The position numbers were made by a program, and so were the translations under genes. The notes under the pieces are model-generated. The model did no database searches. It was not told the origin of the DNA and saw nothing but the letters and a program-made list of their open reading frames with translations. This document shows, piece after piece, positions 20,258 through 29,633 of a DNA stretch of 64,000 bases. How positions within the stretch are numbered: the stretch's first letter is position 1; every line of letters begins with the position of its first letter. The stretch is from Minisyncoccota bacterium (lineage in GTDB: Bacteria > Patescibacteriota > Minisyncoccia > Phycocordibacterales > UBA2100): NCBI GenBank assembly GCA_031291875.1, contig JARLIE010000183.1, positions 1,356 through 65,355 on the forward strand, in the 5' to 3' direction.

Positions 20258-21832
20258 TTATTGATTACCGAACGTTTGTACTTCGTCTGTAGGTGAAAGG
20301 CCGGAGGTCACCTGCGTAAAGCCGCTCGCACTTTGGGCGCCGATTTGCACCGGAACTTTTTGCGTAGCGCCAGTCGCCGATTTTACGATCACGTAATACT
20401 GGCCGTTATCGAGGATGATCGCGCTTGTCGGGATACTCATCACGTTTGAGAGCGATTGCGTAACAATCTTTACACTACCTGTTTCTCCGGAGGAAATACG
20501 CGGATCGTTGTTGTCGAACTGAAGCGTCACTTTGTAGGCGGCTACGCCGCTCGTGATCGTCGCAGCAGGATCAATCTGAATGACATGCGCTGGGAACGGC
20601 GGCTGATTCTCGTAGGCATCGAGCTCAACCTGCGCGACGTCGCCAACCTTAATTTCGGCAAGCTGCGCTTGCGAAACATACGTTTCAAACTGGAAACCTG
20701 TGTCGGAGATCATGGTCACTTGGGTTTGTCCTGCCGGTGCCACTTGTCCGGGCTCCATATTGTTGACGGTAATGGTGCCGCCGATGGGAGCGGAAATAAC
20801 GGTTTGTGCGAGCAGGGCTTGCGCGGAATCAACTTGCGCCTGTGCCGCGGCAACCTGCCCTTGCTGCGCTTGAATCTGTGCGGTTGTGGCTGGCGAGGTC
20901 GTCACAGAGAGGCCCGCTTGCGCCGAGGCAAGCGACGACTGCGCCGTACTGAGGGCGCCTTCGGCGGAAGCAATTGCCGTAAGATCCGAAGTGACGTTCG
21001 TGCGCCCCGTTGCGACGGATGCGGCATACCCCTCGATCGTTGCCGTTGTGTAATTACTGCTCGGAACGGCTTCCGCGAGACCATTTGCGGCGAGGTTCAA
21101 GAATGAAAGAACGGCGTCGAGATTAGATTGCGTCGTCGAAGCGAGCGCGGTCGTGTCGACCTGGTCTGGATCGCTCGACAATCCGCTGAGGTACAGCTGC
21201 CAACTGTTCAACAGATGCTCCATTTGGATGCGTTGCACAACGATGTTGGTCTGGTCCTGCGAATTTGTCAGATTGAGCATCAGCGTCGGGTTTGCAGAGT
21301 GCGGGTTGCTGATGAATTGGTCGACACGGTTGACGACAGCGTCGTCAGCCTTTGCGTAGGCGTCCTGCGCAATCGCGATAACGGACTTCTTCGCCTGCGA
21401 AACGCCCTGCTGGGCGTTTGAAACACTGGTTTGAGAGACAGTTACTTGCTGCGGCGTAGCGCCGTTTTGGAGATTTGCGAGATTGGCCTCTTGGGTCTGG
21501 AGGGCCGCTTCGGCCTGCTCAACCGCAGCTCGTTGCGTGCCGCTTACCAGCGATCCAAGGGTCGTACCGGCACCAACACGGGTGCCAACCTTCGGGCCTG
21601 CGTAGGAAATCGTACCGCCGGTCTGGAAACCGAGATCGATCTCGTCGGCAGCTTTTACGCTACCGGTTGTATCAACTTCCTGGACCAACGGTCCGGTCGT
21701 CGGCGTTACGAATGCGGCCGAGGGCTTCGATTCCGTCATAACATAGGCTGCTGCCACCGAGGCGACGGCTATAACGACGGTGGTGCCGATAACGATCGGC
21801 GGCGTGAGAAAACGCTTTAGGCGGGTGGGCAT
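20258..21832 (-). CDS. HlyD-family periplasmic adaptor with a long coiled-coil; paralogue of the 11164 gene
   Basis: 524 aa. TM anchor, long Ala/Gln-rich coiled-coil, C-terminal motif TVISAPIGGTITV as in the 11164 product. Confidence 0.75.
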   Translation of the reverse strand: MPTRLKRFLTPPIVIGTTVVIAVASVAAAYVMTESKPSAAFVTPTTGPLVQEVDTTGSVKAADEIDLGFQTGGTISYAGPKVGTRVGAGTTLGSLVSGTQRAAVEQAEAALQTQEANLANLQNGATPQQVTVSQTSVSNAQQGVSQAKKSVIAIAQDAYAKADDAVVNRVDQFISNPHSANPTLMLNLTNSQDQTNIVVQRIQMEHLLNSWQLYLSGLSSDPDQVDTTALASTTQSNLDAVLSFLNLAANGLAEAVPSSNYTTATIEGYAASVATGRTNVTSDLTAIASAEGALSTAQSSLASAQAGLSVTTSPATTAQIQAQQGQVAAAQAQVDSAQALLAQTVISAPIGGTITVNNMEPGQVAPAGQTQVTMISDTGFQFETYVSQAQLAEIKVGDVAQVELDAYENQPPFPAHVIQIDPAATITSGVAAYKVTLQFDNNDPRISSGETGSVKIVTQSLSNVMSIPTSAIILDNGQYYVIVKSATGATQKVPVQIGAQSASGFTQVTSGLSPTDEVQTFGNQ

Positions 21833-22068
21833 AGATAGTTAGATGTTCTAAGTATTTATACTTTACAGCGTCATTTATGAATTTGCAAGGAATAGTGTGG
21901 ACAAATCCTTGCTGCCCTTCCCAACCCACGATGGCTGTCGTCTTTGTATATAAAGTCTAATCCCTCTTTCTATAAGAATTTCAGCAACCTTTGAAAAATC
22001 CTTTAGCGCTCTATGACCTCCCCTTTTTTACACTACTAGAGGAAATGTTCATTATACGGGAGAGGTAG

Positions 22069-22818
22069 ATGTACTCGAGGTTAACACGCGAAGATTGGGA
22101 CGAGTATGCAACGCACTACGACGCCTTGAACCGATTGCGTCCCTATGTCGGCATGCTCGATGATGTGCATGCCGCGCTCACCGATGCTACCGCTGCCCTA
22201 CTCGACGTTGGCTGCGGCACAGGAAACCTCATCGCACGAATATCGAGCACCGGTGCGGGTATCACCGGTATCGACTATTCCCCAGCAATGATTGGTAGAG
22301 CAAGAGAAAAATGCCCCGAAGCGAACTTTCTGATCGGTGATAGTGTCGCGGCCCTTCCGTTCGCGGACGAGTCGTTCACCTCGCTCGTCTGTTGTAACGT
22401 GCTGTACGCCCTGAGTGACCCCGCAAAAGCGCTTACAGAGTTCTTTCGCGTGCTGAAACCGAATGGATCGCTAGTACTGGTGACGCCAAAGCGAGGATTC
22501 GAGAACGGCCTTATTCTAAAGGCGCATTCTGGGAGTCAGAAACCAGGGTCCTACTGGAAAAATATTCACGCGAGCGAGGAGCGCGAACGAATGCTCATTA
22601 CAGAAGCTGTCGATGATACCGAATTAGCCTCGAGACTCTTACAGCTTGCACGAATCAACCGAACGATAGCGAGAGAGCCATCCTTCCACTTCTTTACGAG
22701 GAATGAGCTGCTACCGCTCGTATCGGAAACTGGGTTCAAGCGCATTCACATGAGATCTACCTATGCTCGACAAAATCATTTACTGATCGCAACTCGCGCA
22801 ACGAGAGCAAAGCCATGA
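22069..22818 (+). CDS. class I SAM-dependent methyltransferase
   Basis: Motif I LLDVGCGTGNL, motif post-I GIDYSPAMI, and LKPNGSLVL. Confidence 0.85.
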   Translation: MYSRLTREDWDEYATHYDALNRLRPYVGMLDDVHAALTDATAALLDVGCGTGNLIARISSTGAGITGIDYSPAMIGRAREKCPEANFLIGDSVAALPFADESFTSLVCCNVLYALSDPAKALTEFFRVLKPNGSLVLVTPKRGFENGLILKAHSGSQKPGSYWKNIHASEERERMLITEAVDDTELASRLLQLARINRTIAREPSFHFFTRNELLPLVSETGFKRIHMRSTYARQNHLLIATRATRAKP

Positions 22819-23420
22819 TCATCGAACTAACGACACCCGGTACCGCGCTGTATGGGAAAGTTGCCGACTTCGCGTGCCAGCGCTATGTCGAACGCATCTT
22901 CGCACTCACGCCTGCACGGCCAGATGCGTTTGCGTACGCAGCTTCGCTCCATTCTGGAGTAATCTTCGGCTGCTTAGGCTTACATAAAGCCAAGGAGAAG
23001 GAATCGCTCCTGATTGAAAAATACGTCCCGAATGTATTTGAACGAATAGCGGGCGAAATCCCCGAACGCAAAGCCTGCGCAGAGCTGGGGACTCGCGCTG
23101 TGCTTCCCTATCGGGATATTTCTACGACTGAGCTATCTCTAGGACTTTCAGCGGTATTGCTACTTCATGCACATCGACAAGGGCTCCGATACTTCGGCTT
23201 CACCTCCATCAGGACGGTGCGACACCTCGCAGGCCAGCTTCGGCTTGATCTCATTACTTTCGGTAAGCCAGAGCTTTCGGGCTTTGATGGCGAATTTCGA
23301 GAAAATTGGCGCGAATTCTTTCGCATTCGCCAATGTTGCTTTGGGTTCCAACTCCATACTATCGACGGCTGCGCTCAAATACTCGAGTGCCTTGAACGAA
23401 AGGGTGTCTGTTCAAAATAA
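22815..23420 (+). CDS. GNAT-fold acyltransferase-like protein of the thermostable-hemolysin / LuxI-like superfamily
   Basis: 201 aa. Its start overlaps the methyltransferase stop (ATGA). The segments KYVPNVF...CAELGTRAV and GLRYFGFTSIRTVRHLAGQLRLDLITFG parallel the LuxI core (SVFPELL...VELSRFAV; GITEYVTVTSTAIERFLKRIKVPCHRIG). The N-terminal LuxI SAM-binding residues are not evident. Confidence 0.45.
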   Translation: MIIELTTPGTALYGKVADFACQRYVERIFALTPARPDAFAYAASLHSGVIFGCLGLHKAKEKESLLIEKYVPNVFERIAGEIPERKACAELGTRAVLPYRDISTTELSLGLSAVLLLHAHRQGLRYFGFTSIRTVRHLAGQLRLDLITFGKPELSGFDGEFRENWREFFRIRQCCFGFQLHTIDGCAQILECLERKGVCSK

Positions 23421-23494
23421 AACGTCGCGTGCTAGTATCTCGCCAGATCGCCGCATACCGCGGCGGTCTTTCTTTCTAGGCTTCTTGGGGTCAT

Positions 23495-25480
23495 ATGCTC
23501 GCGACCGAGGTCATTTTATGCACGACCATGATCGGCAATGCCGTGCTTTTGGGTATTGTCCTAAAGGAGCGGACGTCACCGGTGCGAATTACCTTTGCCT
23601 TGTACGTAGCAAGTATCCTCGCTTGGACGTTCGCGATATATCTCAATTTATTTTTACAAAGCACGTTCGTTGAAGAGTGGATTTTCGCGACTGCCGCTAG
23701 TGTTCTTACATTCCAGCTTTGGTTCACGGTTCTCTTTCCGCGAGGTGTCGTGCCACGCAAACTCGGTGCGTATTGGCCAATTGCGATCGGATGCGGATTC
23801 GCTCTCCTGAGTTTTTACCCTGGCGCTTTGTTCACCTCAATAACAGTGCACTCCGAGGGGTATACGACGCTCGATACTGGGGCCCTTTCTGTCGCCTACT
23901 CCCTTTTCGCGTTGTTCTACGTATGTGCGCCGATTGCTCTTTGCTTTCGTAGATATCGTGCTGAGCGCTCCGAACGATTCAAGACGCAGCTGAACTATCT
24001 AACCGTGGCCTTTGCGATATTTGGTTTTGTCGCAGTACTCACTAACTCAGTCCTTCCGGTATTTTTTGGTATTTACGAATTCAACGCGCTCGGTCCTTCC
24101 CTTTCACTTATCTTTGCGAGTACCGTCTTTTACTTGGTAGGAAGACACGACTTTCTCGATATACGACGCGCGGTCGTGCGGGGCGTCGTGTATTCGTTCT
24201 TGATCGCAGCACTTATCGTTATGTATGAAATATCTCTTCTTTCTATAGAGCACAACTTGCGCCTCACGCACCTGTTCTTTCCATGGGCTGACGACGTACT
24301 CGAACCACTCTCCGCCGCGATCGTAACTCTCGTCGGCGTACTAACCATACCGTTCCTTGAGCGCTGGTTTGGCCGATTCACTGACCACCTATTTTTCAAA
24401 GCGCGCTATGACTATGCGCAGGCGGTCGAATCCTTGAGCAAGGCGATACAGGACAGTACCGATTTCGATCACCTCCTCGAATCAATCCGCGAGAAACTTA
24501 CTTCCATTTTGCGGGCAGAATTCGTAGAGGTACTTTTGTACAACAACGGGTCCGTACCGGTGTTGCCGACGTTCGAAGGCGATCTTTCGGACCGTCGTTT
24601 GTTACTGGAACCAATTCGAGTAAACGGATCAGAAATCGGCGCCATACTCGTTGGAGAAAAGCGCTCCGGTGATCTCTACACCTCGGAAGACGCACAGCTG
24701 CTGCGGACACTCTCCCTGCATGCCTCAACGGCGCTCGCGCGCGTTCAGTTGTTCATGCAAGTTCGCAGTCATGCGACTGAGCTCGAACACAAAGTACGAG
24801 AGCGCACAGAAGAATTGCGCGAAGCGCACGAGCGAGAACGACAGATGATGCTCGATATCGCGCACGGACTTCAAACCCCGCTTGCGGTGCTGCAGACACA
24901 ACTCGAAAAACTACACAGCGCTGAAAATGAGATGCCACTCGAATCACTCGAACAATCACTGGGCGAACTCTCCTCGACCATGCAGGACCTTACCAAGCTC
25001 GCACACCTTGAACACCAGCATTCGATGCAGTTCGAATTACTGGATCTATCGAAGTTCGCACACGAGCTTTGTGATGAGCTGGAGATACTGGCGACACCGC
25101 GCACTATTTTGATCGTTCGCACTATTGCGCCCAATATCTTTATCCACGCTGACGCGCGCGAGCTACGTACGGCGATTATGAATATTGCGCACAATTCCGT
25201 TAAATACATGCGAGAAAACGGACGACGAGAGATTCGGATACGCCTCTCGCAACGCTCAACAGGTACACGGCTTTCAATTTCAGATACGGGGATAGGAATT
25301 TCAGCAACGGATCTTCCCCATGTTTTTGATCGTTTTTATCGCGCATATGCTACCCAAACCGTCGGCAGCGGCCTCGGATTGGCAATCGCGAAAGTGATCG
25401 TTGAAAAACATGGCGGCGCCATCGGAATCCAAAGTACCGAAGCCGGAACAACCGTCACGATCGAATTTTCTCGCTCATAA
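23495..25480 (+). CDS. sensor histidine kinase with polytopic membrane N-terminal domain, GAF-like middle domain, HisKA and HATPase_c
   Basis: 661 aa. About 7 TM helices in the first 270 aa with minimal loops, H-box IAHGLQTPLAVL, N/G boxes (NSVKY..., DTGIGI, GSGLGLAIAKVIVEKHGG). No response regulator is adjacent. Confidence 0.88.
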   Translation: MLATEVILCTTMIGNAVLLGIVLKERTSPVRITFALYVASILAWTFAIYLNLFLQSTFVEEWIFATAASVLTFQLWFTVLFPRGVVPRKLGAYWPIAIGCGFALLSFYPGALFTSITVHSEGYTTLDTGALSVAYSLFALFYVCAPIALCFRRYRAERSERFKTQLNYLTVAFAIFGFVAVLTNSVLPVFFGIYEFNALGPSLSLIFASTVFYLVGRHDFLDIRRAVVRGVVYSFLIAALIVMYEISLLSIEHNLRLTHLFFPWADDVLEPLSAAIVTLVGVLTIPFLERWFGRFTDHLFFKARYDYAQAVESLSKAIQDSTDFDHLLESIREKLTSILRAEFVEVLLYNNGSVPVLPTFEGDLSDRRLLLEPIRVNGSEIGAILVGEKRSGDLYTSEDAQLLRTLSLHASTALARVQLFMQVRSHATELEHKVRERTEELREAHERERQMMLDIAHGLQTPLAVLQTQLEKLHSAENEMPLESLEQSLGELSSTMQDLTKLAHLEHQHSMQFELLDLSKFAHELCDELEILATPRTILIVRTIAPNIFIHADARELRTAIMNIAHNSVKYMRENGRREIRIRLSQRSTGTRLSISDTGIGISATDLPHVFDRFYRAYATQTVGSGLGLAIAKVIVEKHGGAIGIQSTEAGTTVTIEFSRS

Positions 25481-25562
25481 GCTGCGGTAGCTCGTGCAAG
25501 GCGTCATAAAAAACGTCGCTTTGAAACTGCGCCCGGTGCTTCATTTCCTATTCACGTGCAGT

Positions 25563-25626
25563 GTGGATAAATGCCTTGCAGTGGTATATAGTGGTATATA
25601 CTCTCATTTAGTGGGAGAAAGTGGGA
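25563..25626 (+). promoter_or_regulatory. MraZ operator: direct GTGG(K) repeats at 10-bp phasing in the mraZ promoter
   Basis: GTGG at 25581, 25591, 25611, 25621 (with an additional one at 25563), in the form AGTGGTATAT AGTGGTATAT ...AGTGGGAGAA AGTGGGAAAC. This matches the described MraZ box (GTGGG repeats at 10-bp spacing). Confidence 0.6.
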
Positions 25627-25639
25627 AACAAGATTCTGT

Positions 25640-26077
25640 ATGCAATTCCTTGGCGAATACGAACACACACTCGACGAGAAGAAGCGCGCCTCGCTTCCGA
25701 AGGCCTTTCGAACGGCCCTTGGTAAAAAAATGGTTATGACGCGCGGTCTCGACAATTGTCTCTTCGTCTATCCCCGCAACAGCTGGGAGAAGGTGGCGGC
25801 AAAGCTCGAGCAGCTTTCATTCGCACAGGCGGACACCCGCGGTTTCAACCGATTCATACTCTCCGGCGCAGCCGAAGTGGAGGTCGACGGAGCCGGGCGC
25901 ATTCTCATTCCCGAACACCAACGCGAATTTGCCGGTCTTAAGAAGACGATCGTCTTCGCGGGAGTGTCGGATCGGGTCGAGATCTGGGATGCGGCTGTCT
26001 GGAAAGAGTACAAGAAGCGCATCGAGAAGCAGGCGGACGCGATGGCCGAGAAACTCGGCGAGATCGGAGCCTTGTAG
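25640..26077 (+). CDS. mraZ: transcriptional regulator MraZ
   Basis: 145 aa with two MraZ/SpoVT-AbrB repeats (DEKKRASLP..., GAGRILIPEH). Confidence 0.93.
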   Translation: MQFLGEYEHTLDEKKRASLPKAFRTALGKKMVMTRGLDNCLFVYPRNSWEKVAAKLEQLSFAQADTRGFNRFILSGAAEVEVDGAGRILIPEHQREFAGLKKTIVFAGVSDRVEIWDAAVWKEYKKRIEKQADAMAEKLGEIGAL

Positions 26078-26133
26078 CTTCTACCCACCTACCCTTTCGC
26101 AGCATCGGATTGCTGGAGGACTTTTCAAACGTC

Positions 26134-27087
26134 ATGCGCACGCGACGCTCACAGTCTTCCGGCAATCCGATGTCACGAACCAGTTCCGCTCGTGCGGCTG
26201 ACAAAGGGCATCAAAGTGTTCTTTTACACGAGAGTATTGAAGCGCTCGAGATCGCGAAAGACGACATTGTCGTCGACGCGACACTCGGTGGTGCCGGACA
26301 CTCAAAAGCGATTGTCGACCTTCTCGGTTCTAAGGGCATGCTCATCGGCCTCGACGCCGACAGCGATGCGATCGAGCGCGCCAAAGTGCGCCTTTCGGGA
26401 TCAAAAGCTCGTCTGGAATTCATCAACGGAAACTTCAAAGATCTACAACAGATTCTTGAAAGCATCGGGGTCGAACAGATCACGAAAGCACTCTTCGACT
26501 TAGGGTGGAGCTCGTTCCAACTCGACGCCGGAAGAGGTTTCTCGTTCCAAACCGACGAACCACTTTTGATGACCTACGCAAAGGAGCCAAACGGACTCAC
26601 CGCTTCGACCATCGTCAACACCTGGGCTGAATCGTCGCTTGCCGACGTTATCTACGGATGGGGCGATGAGCGATACTCCCGACGCATTGCCAAAGGCATT
26701 GTCGCGGCGAGAGCAAAAAAAAACATCGAGACCGCGCGCGAGCTCGCCGAGGTAATCAAAGCCTCAGTGCCAGCACCCTACCGATTTGGGCGCCTGCATC
26801 CGGCGACGAAAACCTTCCAAGCGCTCCGCATTGCCGTCAACGACGAACTCGGCGCTCTGAAATCCGGAATCACCGCCGCGTGGCGCAAGCTCGTCCCCGG
26901 AGGACGCATCGCGGTCATCACCTTCCACTCGATTGAAGATCGCGAAGTGAAGGAGCTCTTTGCAGAATTTGTTCAACAAGGCGGGATAAAAATCCCGAAG
27001 AAACCAATCAAACCAAGCCTTGAGGAACTCCAAGAGAATCCCCGAGCAAGAAGCGCAAAGCTCCGTGTAATCCAAAAAAACCTATGA
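26134..27087 (+). CDS. rsmH: 16S rRNA (cytosine1402-N4)-methyltransferase RsmH (MraW)
   Basis: SVLLHESIEAL...DATLGGAGHS...FHSIEDR motifs. The start is uncertain (the track ORF begins at TTG 26110; ATG 26134 or 26170 are alternatives). Confidence 0.88.
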   Translation: MRTRRSQSSGNPMSRTSSARAADKGHQSVLLHESIEALEIAKDDIVVDATLGGAGHSKAIVDLLGSKGMLIGLDADSDAIERAKVRLSGSKARLEFINGNFKDLQQILESIGVEQITKALFDLGWSSFQLDAGRGFSFQTDEPLLMTYAKEPNGLTASTIVNTWAESSLADVIYGWGDERYSRRIAKGIVAARAKKNIETARELAEVIKASVPAPYRFGRLHPATKTFQALRIAVNDELGALKSGITAAWRKLVPGGRIAVITFHSIEDREVKELFAEFVQQGGIKIPKKPIKPSLEELQENPRARSAKLRVIQKNL

Positions 27088-27488
27088 CAAAAAAATTTCA
27101 TATCAGCAAATTGAAGCCCTCGATCTTCCAGGGAAGACTTGATTTTGACGCGGTTTCCAAACGCCAAAGCCAGGTACTCGCCGTCGAGTATCCTGCAGAG
27201 CGCCTCGCCTTCACTGTATTTGCCTCGGTGCTCCTCATTCTCTTCTTTGCCTATTTCTATTTCGTAATCGGGAGTGTCTTTAATGTTATCTCCGAAAAGC
27301 AGGCCGACGCGCAAGCAGCAAAGCTTCAAGGCTCGATCGCTTCGCTTGAGCAGAAATATTTTGCACTTTCGCAAAACCTCACGCCGCAAACCGCGAGCGA
27401 TATGGGCCTCACGCCCGTGCAAAACACACAATACGTTTACCGACCGGGCAACGCGGCAGAAGTGGCGACCGCCGTTCGCGCGATATAA
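27084..27488 (+). CDS. ftsL: FtsL-like cell-division protein (single-pass membrane, coiled-coil)
   Basis: 134 aa. Its start overlaps the rsmH stop (ATGA). TM helix LLILFFAYFYFVIG, then coiled-coil. It is positioned between rsmH and ftsI. Confidence 0.6.
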   Translation: MTKKFHISKLKPSIFQGRLDFDAVSKRQSQVLAVEYPAERLAFTVFASVLLILFFAYFYFVIGSVFNVISEKQADAQAAKLQGSIASLEQKYFALSQNLTPQTASDMGLTPVQNTQYVYRPGNAAEVATAVRAI

Positions 27489-27515
27489 CGCGATTCGCTG
27501 GGCTATAATCGGCTG

Positions 27516-29243
27516 ATGAAGTCGAACGTACGTCTGCGAACGAGAATCCTTTCCGGCGTTTTTATTTTTGTTGCATTCCTGTTGGTGGTGCGCCTGTACT
27601 TCGTGCAAATCGTGCATGGATCCGCGTACCAGGCGGAGGGTATGGGTCAGTACGTGCAGCCAGATCCTTCGACGGGTGGCAATCGCGGCGATATTTACTT
27701 CACGACGAAAGACGGGCAGCTTGTCGCGGCCGCTGTTTCGGAAACCGGCTATTCGATCGCTATAAATACCCAAAAGATGACCGATCCGAACGCCGCGTAT
27801 CAGGCGCTGGATGCCGTTACGCACATCGACAAAACAGCCTTTATGACAGCCGTAAATTCCGGCAGCGGCTTCGTAAAGGTCGCCACTCATATTCAAGACG
27901 GCAAAGAAGCGAAGGTGATCTCCCTCAACATCCCCGGCGTGATCGTCTCTGATGACAGCTGGCGCGCTTATCCCGCAGGCACGCTCGCCGCGCAGGTGCT
28001 CGGCTTTGTCGGCTACGACGGCACCTCAACCGTCAAAATCGGCGAATACGGACTTGAAAAGGAGTACAACGATACACTATCGGAATCCTCGACCGGCTTG
28101 TACGTAAACCCGTTTGCGGAGATTTTCACCAATATGCAAGATCTCCTTACCCTCGACCCTGCTTCCCAGCACGGTTCGATCGTCACCTCGATAGAACCGA
28201 CCGTCGAGCAAGAACTCAACGACACCCTGCAGCAAGTAATGACCTCCTACACGCCCCAATTTGATGGCGGCATCGTCATGGATGCGCACACAGGCGAAAT
28301 TATCGCGATGGCGCAGCTTCCCACGTTCGATCCCAACAACTACCAAGCCGCGACCGATCCGAGCGTCTTCACCAACAAACTAGTTTCCGATCGCTACGAA
28401 ATGGGTTCGATTATGAAGCCGCTCACGATGGCGGCTGGTATCGACAGCGGCGCGGTCACTGCCTCGACAACCTACGACGACACAGGCTGCATCACCGTGA
28501 GTAAAGCGAAGGTATGTAACTTCGACTTCAAGGCGCGCGGCGTGGTTCCGATGGGCACAATCCTCGACTACTCGCTCAACGTCGGAGCTTCATGGGTCGC
28601 GACCAAAACCGGCTACCCGACCTTCACGCGGTACATGAAATCGTATGGTCTTGGACAACCGACGGGCATTGATCTACCCAACGAACAAAGCGGCGATCTC
28701 ACCAATCTCGACGATGGCTCAGGACCGGCCGTCAACTTCGATACCGCGTCTTTCGGCCAGGGTATAACGGTCACCCCAATCGAAATGATTCGCGCACTCG
28801 ATCTGCTCGCCAATAACGGGCAGCTTGTGCAGCCGCACCTGGTCACCGCAATCCAATATGAAAGCGGTGTTACCCGCCCGGTAACGGTCGCTGCAGGGCC
28901 GCAGATTCTCAAAACTTCGAGCGCGCAAACCGTGACGCAAATGCTTGAGACGGTCTATGACAACTACGAGCTCAATGGTGCTCTGAAAATGCAACACTAC
29001 ACGGCCGCAGCCAAAACAGGTACTGCGCAAATTCCAAATCCGGCGACGGGCCAGTACTTCACCGGGAGCATTTACCTACACTCCTACTTCGGCTACTTCC
29101 CCGCCACCAATCCTCGCTTCATCGTGTTTCTCTACGCCTACAAGCCGATAGGCCAGGAATATTCCGCGTATACCTGGAGCCAGCCCTACTTCAAACTCGA
29201 ACAGTTCCTGATCAATTACTACAGCATTCCTCCTGATCGTTGA
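27516..29243 (+). CDS. ftsI: penicillin-binding protein, class B transpeptidase (FtsI/PBP2-like)
   Basis: 575 aa. N-terminal TM, PBP dimerisation domain, SxxK (GSIMKP), SxN (YSLNVG), KTG(T) (KTGTAQ). Confidence 0.9.
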   Translation: MKSNVRLRTRILSGVFIFVAFLLVVRLYFVQIVHGSAYQAEGMGQYVQPDPSTGGNRGDIYFTTKDGQLVAAAVSETGYSIAINTQKMTDPNAAYQALDAVTHIDKTAFMTAVNSGSGFVKVATHIQDGKEAKVISLNIPGVIVSDDSWRAYPAGTLAAQVLGFVGYDGTSTVKIGEYGLEKEYNDTLSESSTGLYVNPFAEIFTNMQDLLTLDPASQHGSIVTSIEPTVEQELNDTLQQVMTSYTPQFDGGIVMDAHTGEIIAMAQLPTFDPNNYQAATDPSVFTNKLVSDRYEMGSIMKPLTMAAGIDSGAVTASTTYDDTGCITVSKAKVCNFDFKARGVVPMGTILDYSLNVGASWVATKTGYPTFTRYMKSYGLGQPTGIDLPNEQSGDLTNLDDGSGPAVNFDTASFGQGITVTPIEMIRALDLLANNGQLVQPHLVTAIQYESGVTRPVTVAAGPQILKTSSAQTVTQMLETVYDNYELNGALKMQHYTAAAKTGTAQIPNPATGQYFTGSIYLHSYFGYFPATNPRFIVFLYAYKPIGQEYSAYTWSQPYFKLEQFLINYYSIPPDR

Positions 29244-29500
29244 TTGCGACATCGGAGCGCATCAGCTACAGTTGTGATGGCAAAGGAGTATTCAACATGC
29301 TGACTCCAAGAGCTGCAAAGTATTTCCGAATCATCGAGGAATGTGGCATTTGTTCCGGCTCTATCGTTTTTTGCGGATCGAATAAACCGATCCGAATGAC
29401 TGTCGAAAGTATCACCGAAGAAGGACTTCTCAGAATTTCCGGACAAACGAACACGGTATCGCCGGCTCAAGTTAGGATGGTGGAACAGCCGAAACCATGA
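29240..29500 (+). CDS. hypothetical small protein (86 aa, Cys-containing)
   Basis: ORF overlapping the ftsI stop, followed by a terminator. No recognisable motif. Confidence 0.3.
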   Translation: MIATSERISYSCDGKGVFNMLTPRAAKYFRIIEECGICSGSIVFCGSNKPIRMTVESITEEGLLRISGQTNTVSPAQVRMVEQPKP

Positions 29501-29528
29501 AGCGGGCCCTAAGCCCGCTTTCATTTTT
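29500..29528 (+). terminator. Rho-independent terminator
   Basis: AAGCGGGCC-ctaa-GGCCCGCTT followed by TCATTTTT. Confidence 0.7.
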
Positions 29529-29561
29529 GACAATTTTGAAATAGAATCTTCCCGTTAGGCT

Positions 29562-29633
29562 GGCCCTATCGTCTATCGGCTAGGACGCGACCCTCTCACG
29601 GTCGAAAGCGGGGTTCGATTCCCCGTAGGGTCA
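29562..29633 (+). tRNA. tRNA-Glu (anticodon CTC)
   Basis: Manual fold. 7-bp acceptor stem (GGCCCTA/TAGGGTC), D-arm GTCT-ATCGGCTA-GGAC, anticodon stem CGACC/GGTCG with loop CTCTCAC (anticodon CTC), T-arm CGGGG-TTCGATT-CCCCG, discriminator A. It closely resembles E. coli tRNA-Glu. CCA is not encoded. Confidence 0.8.
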
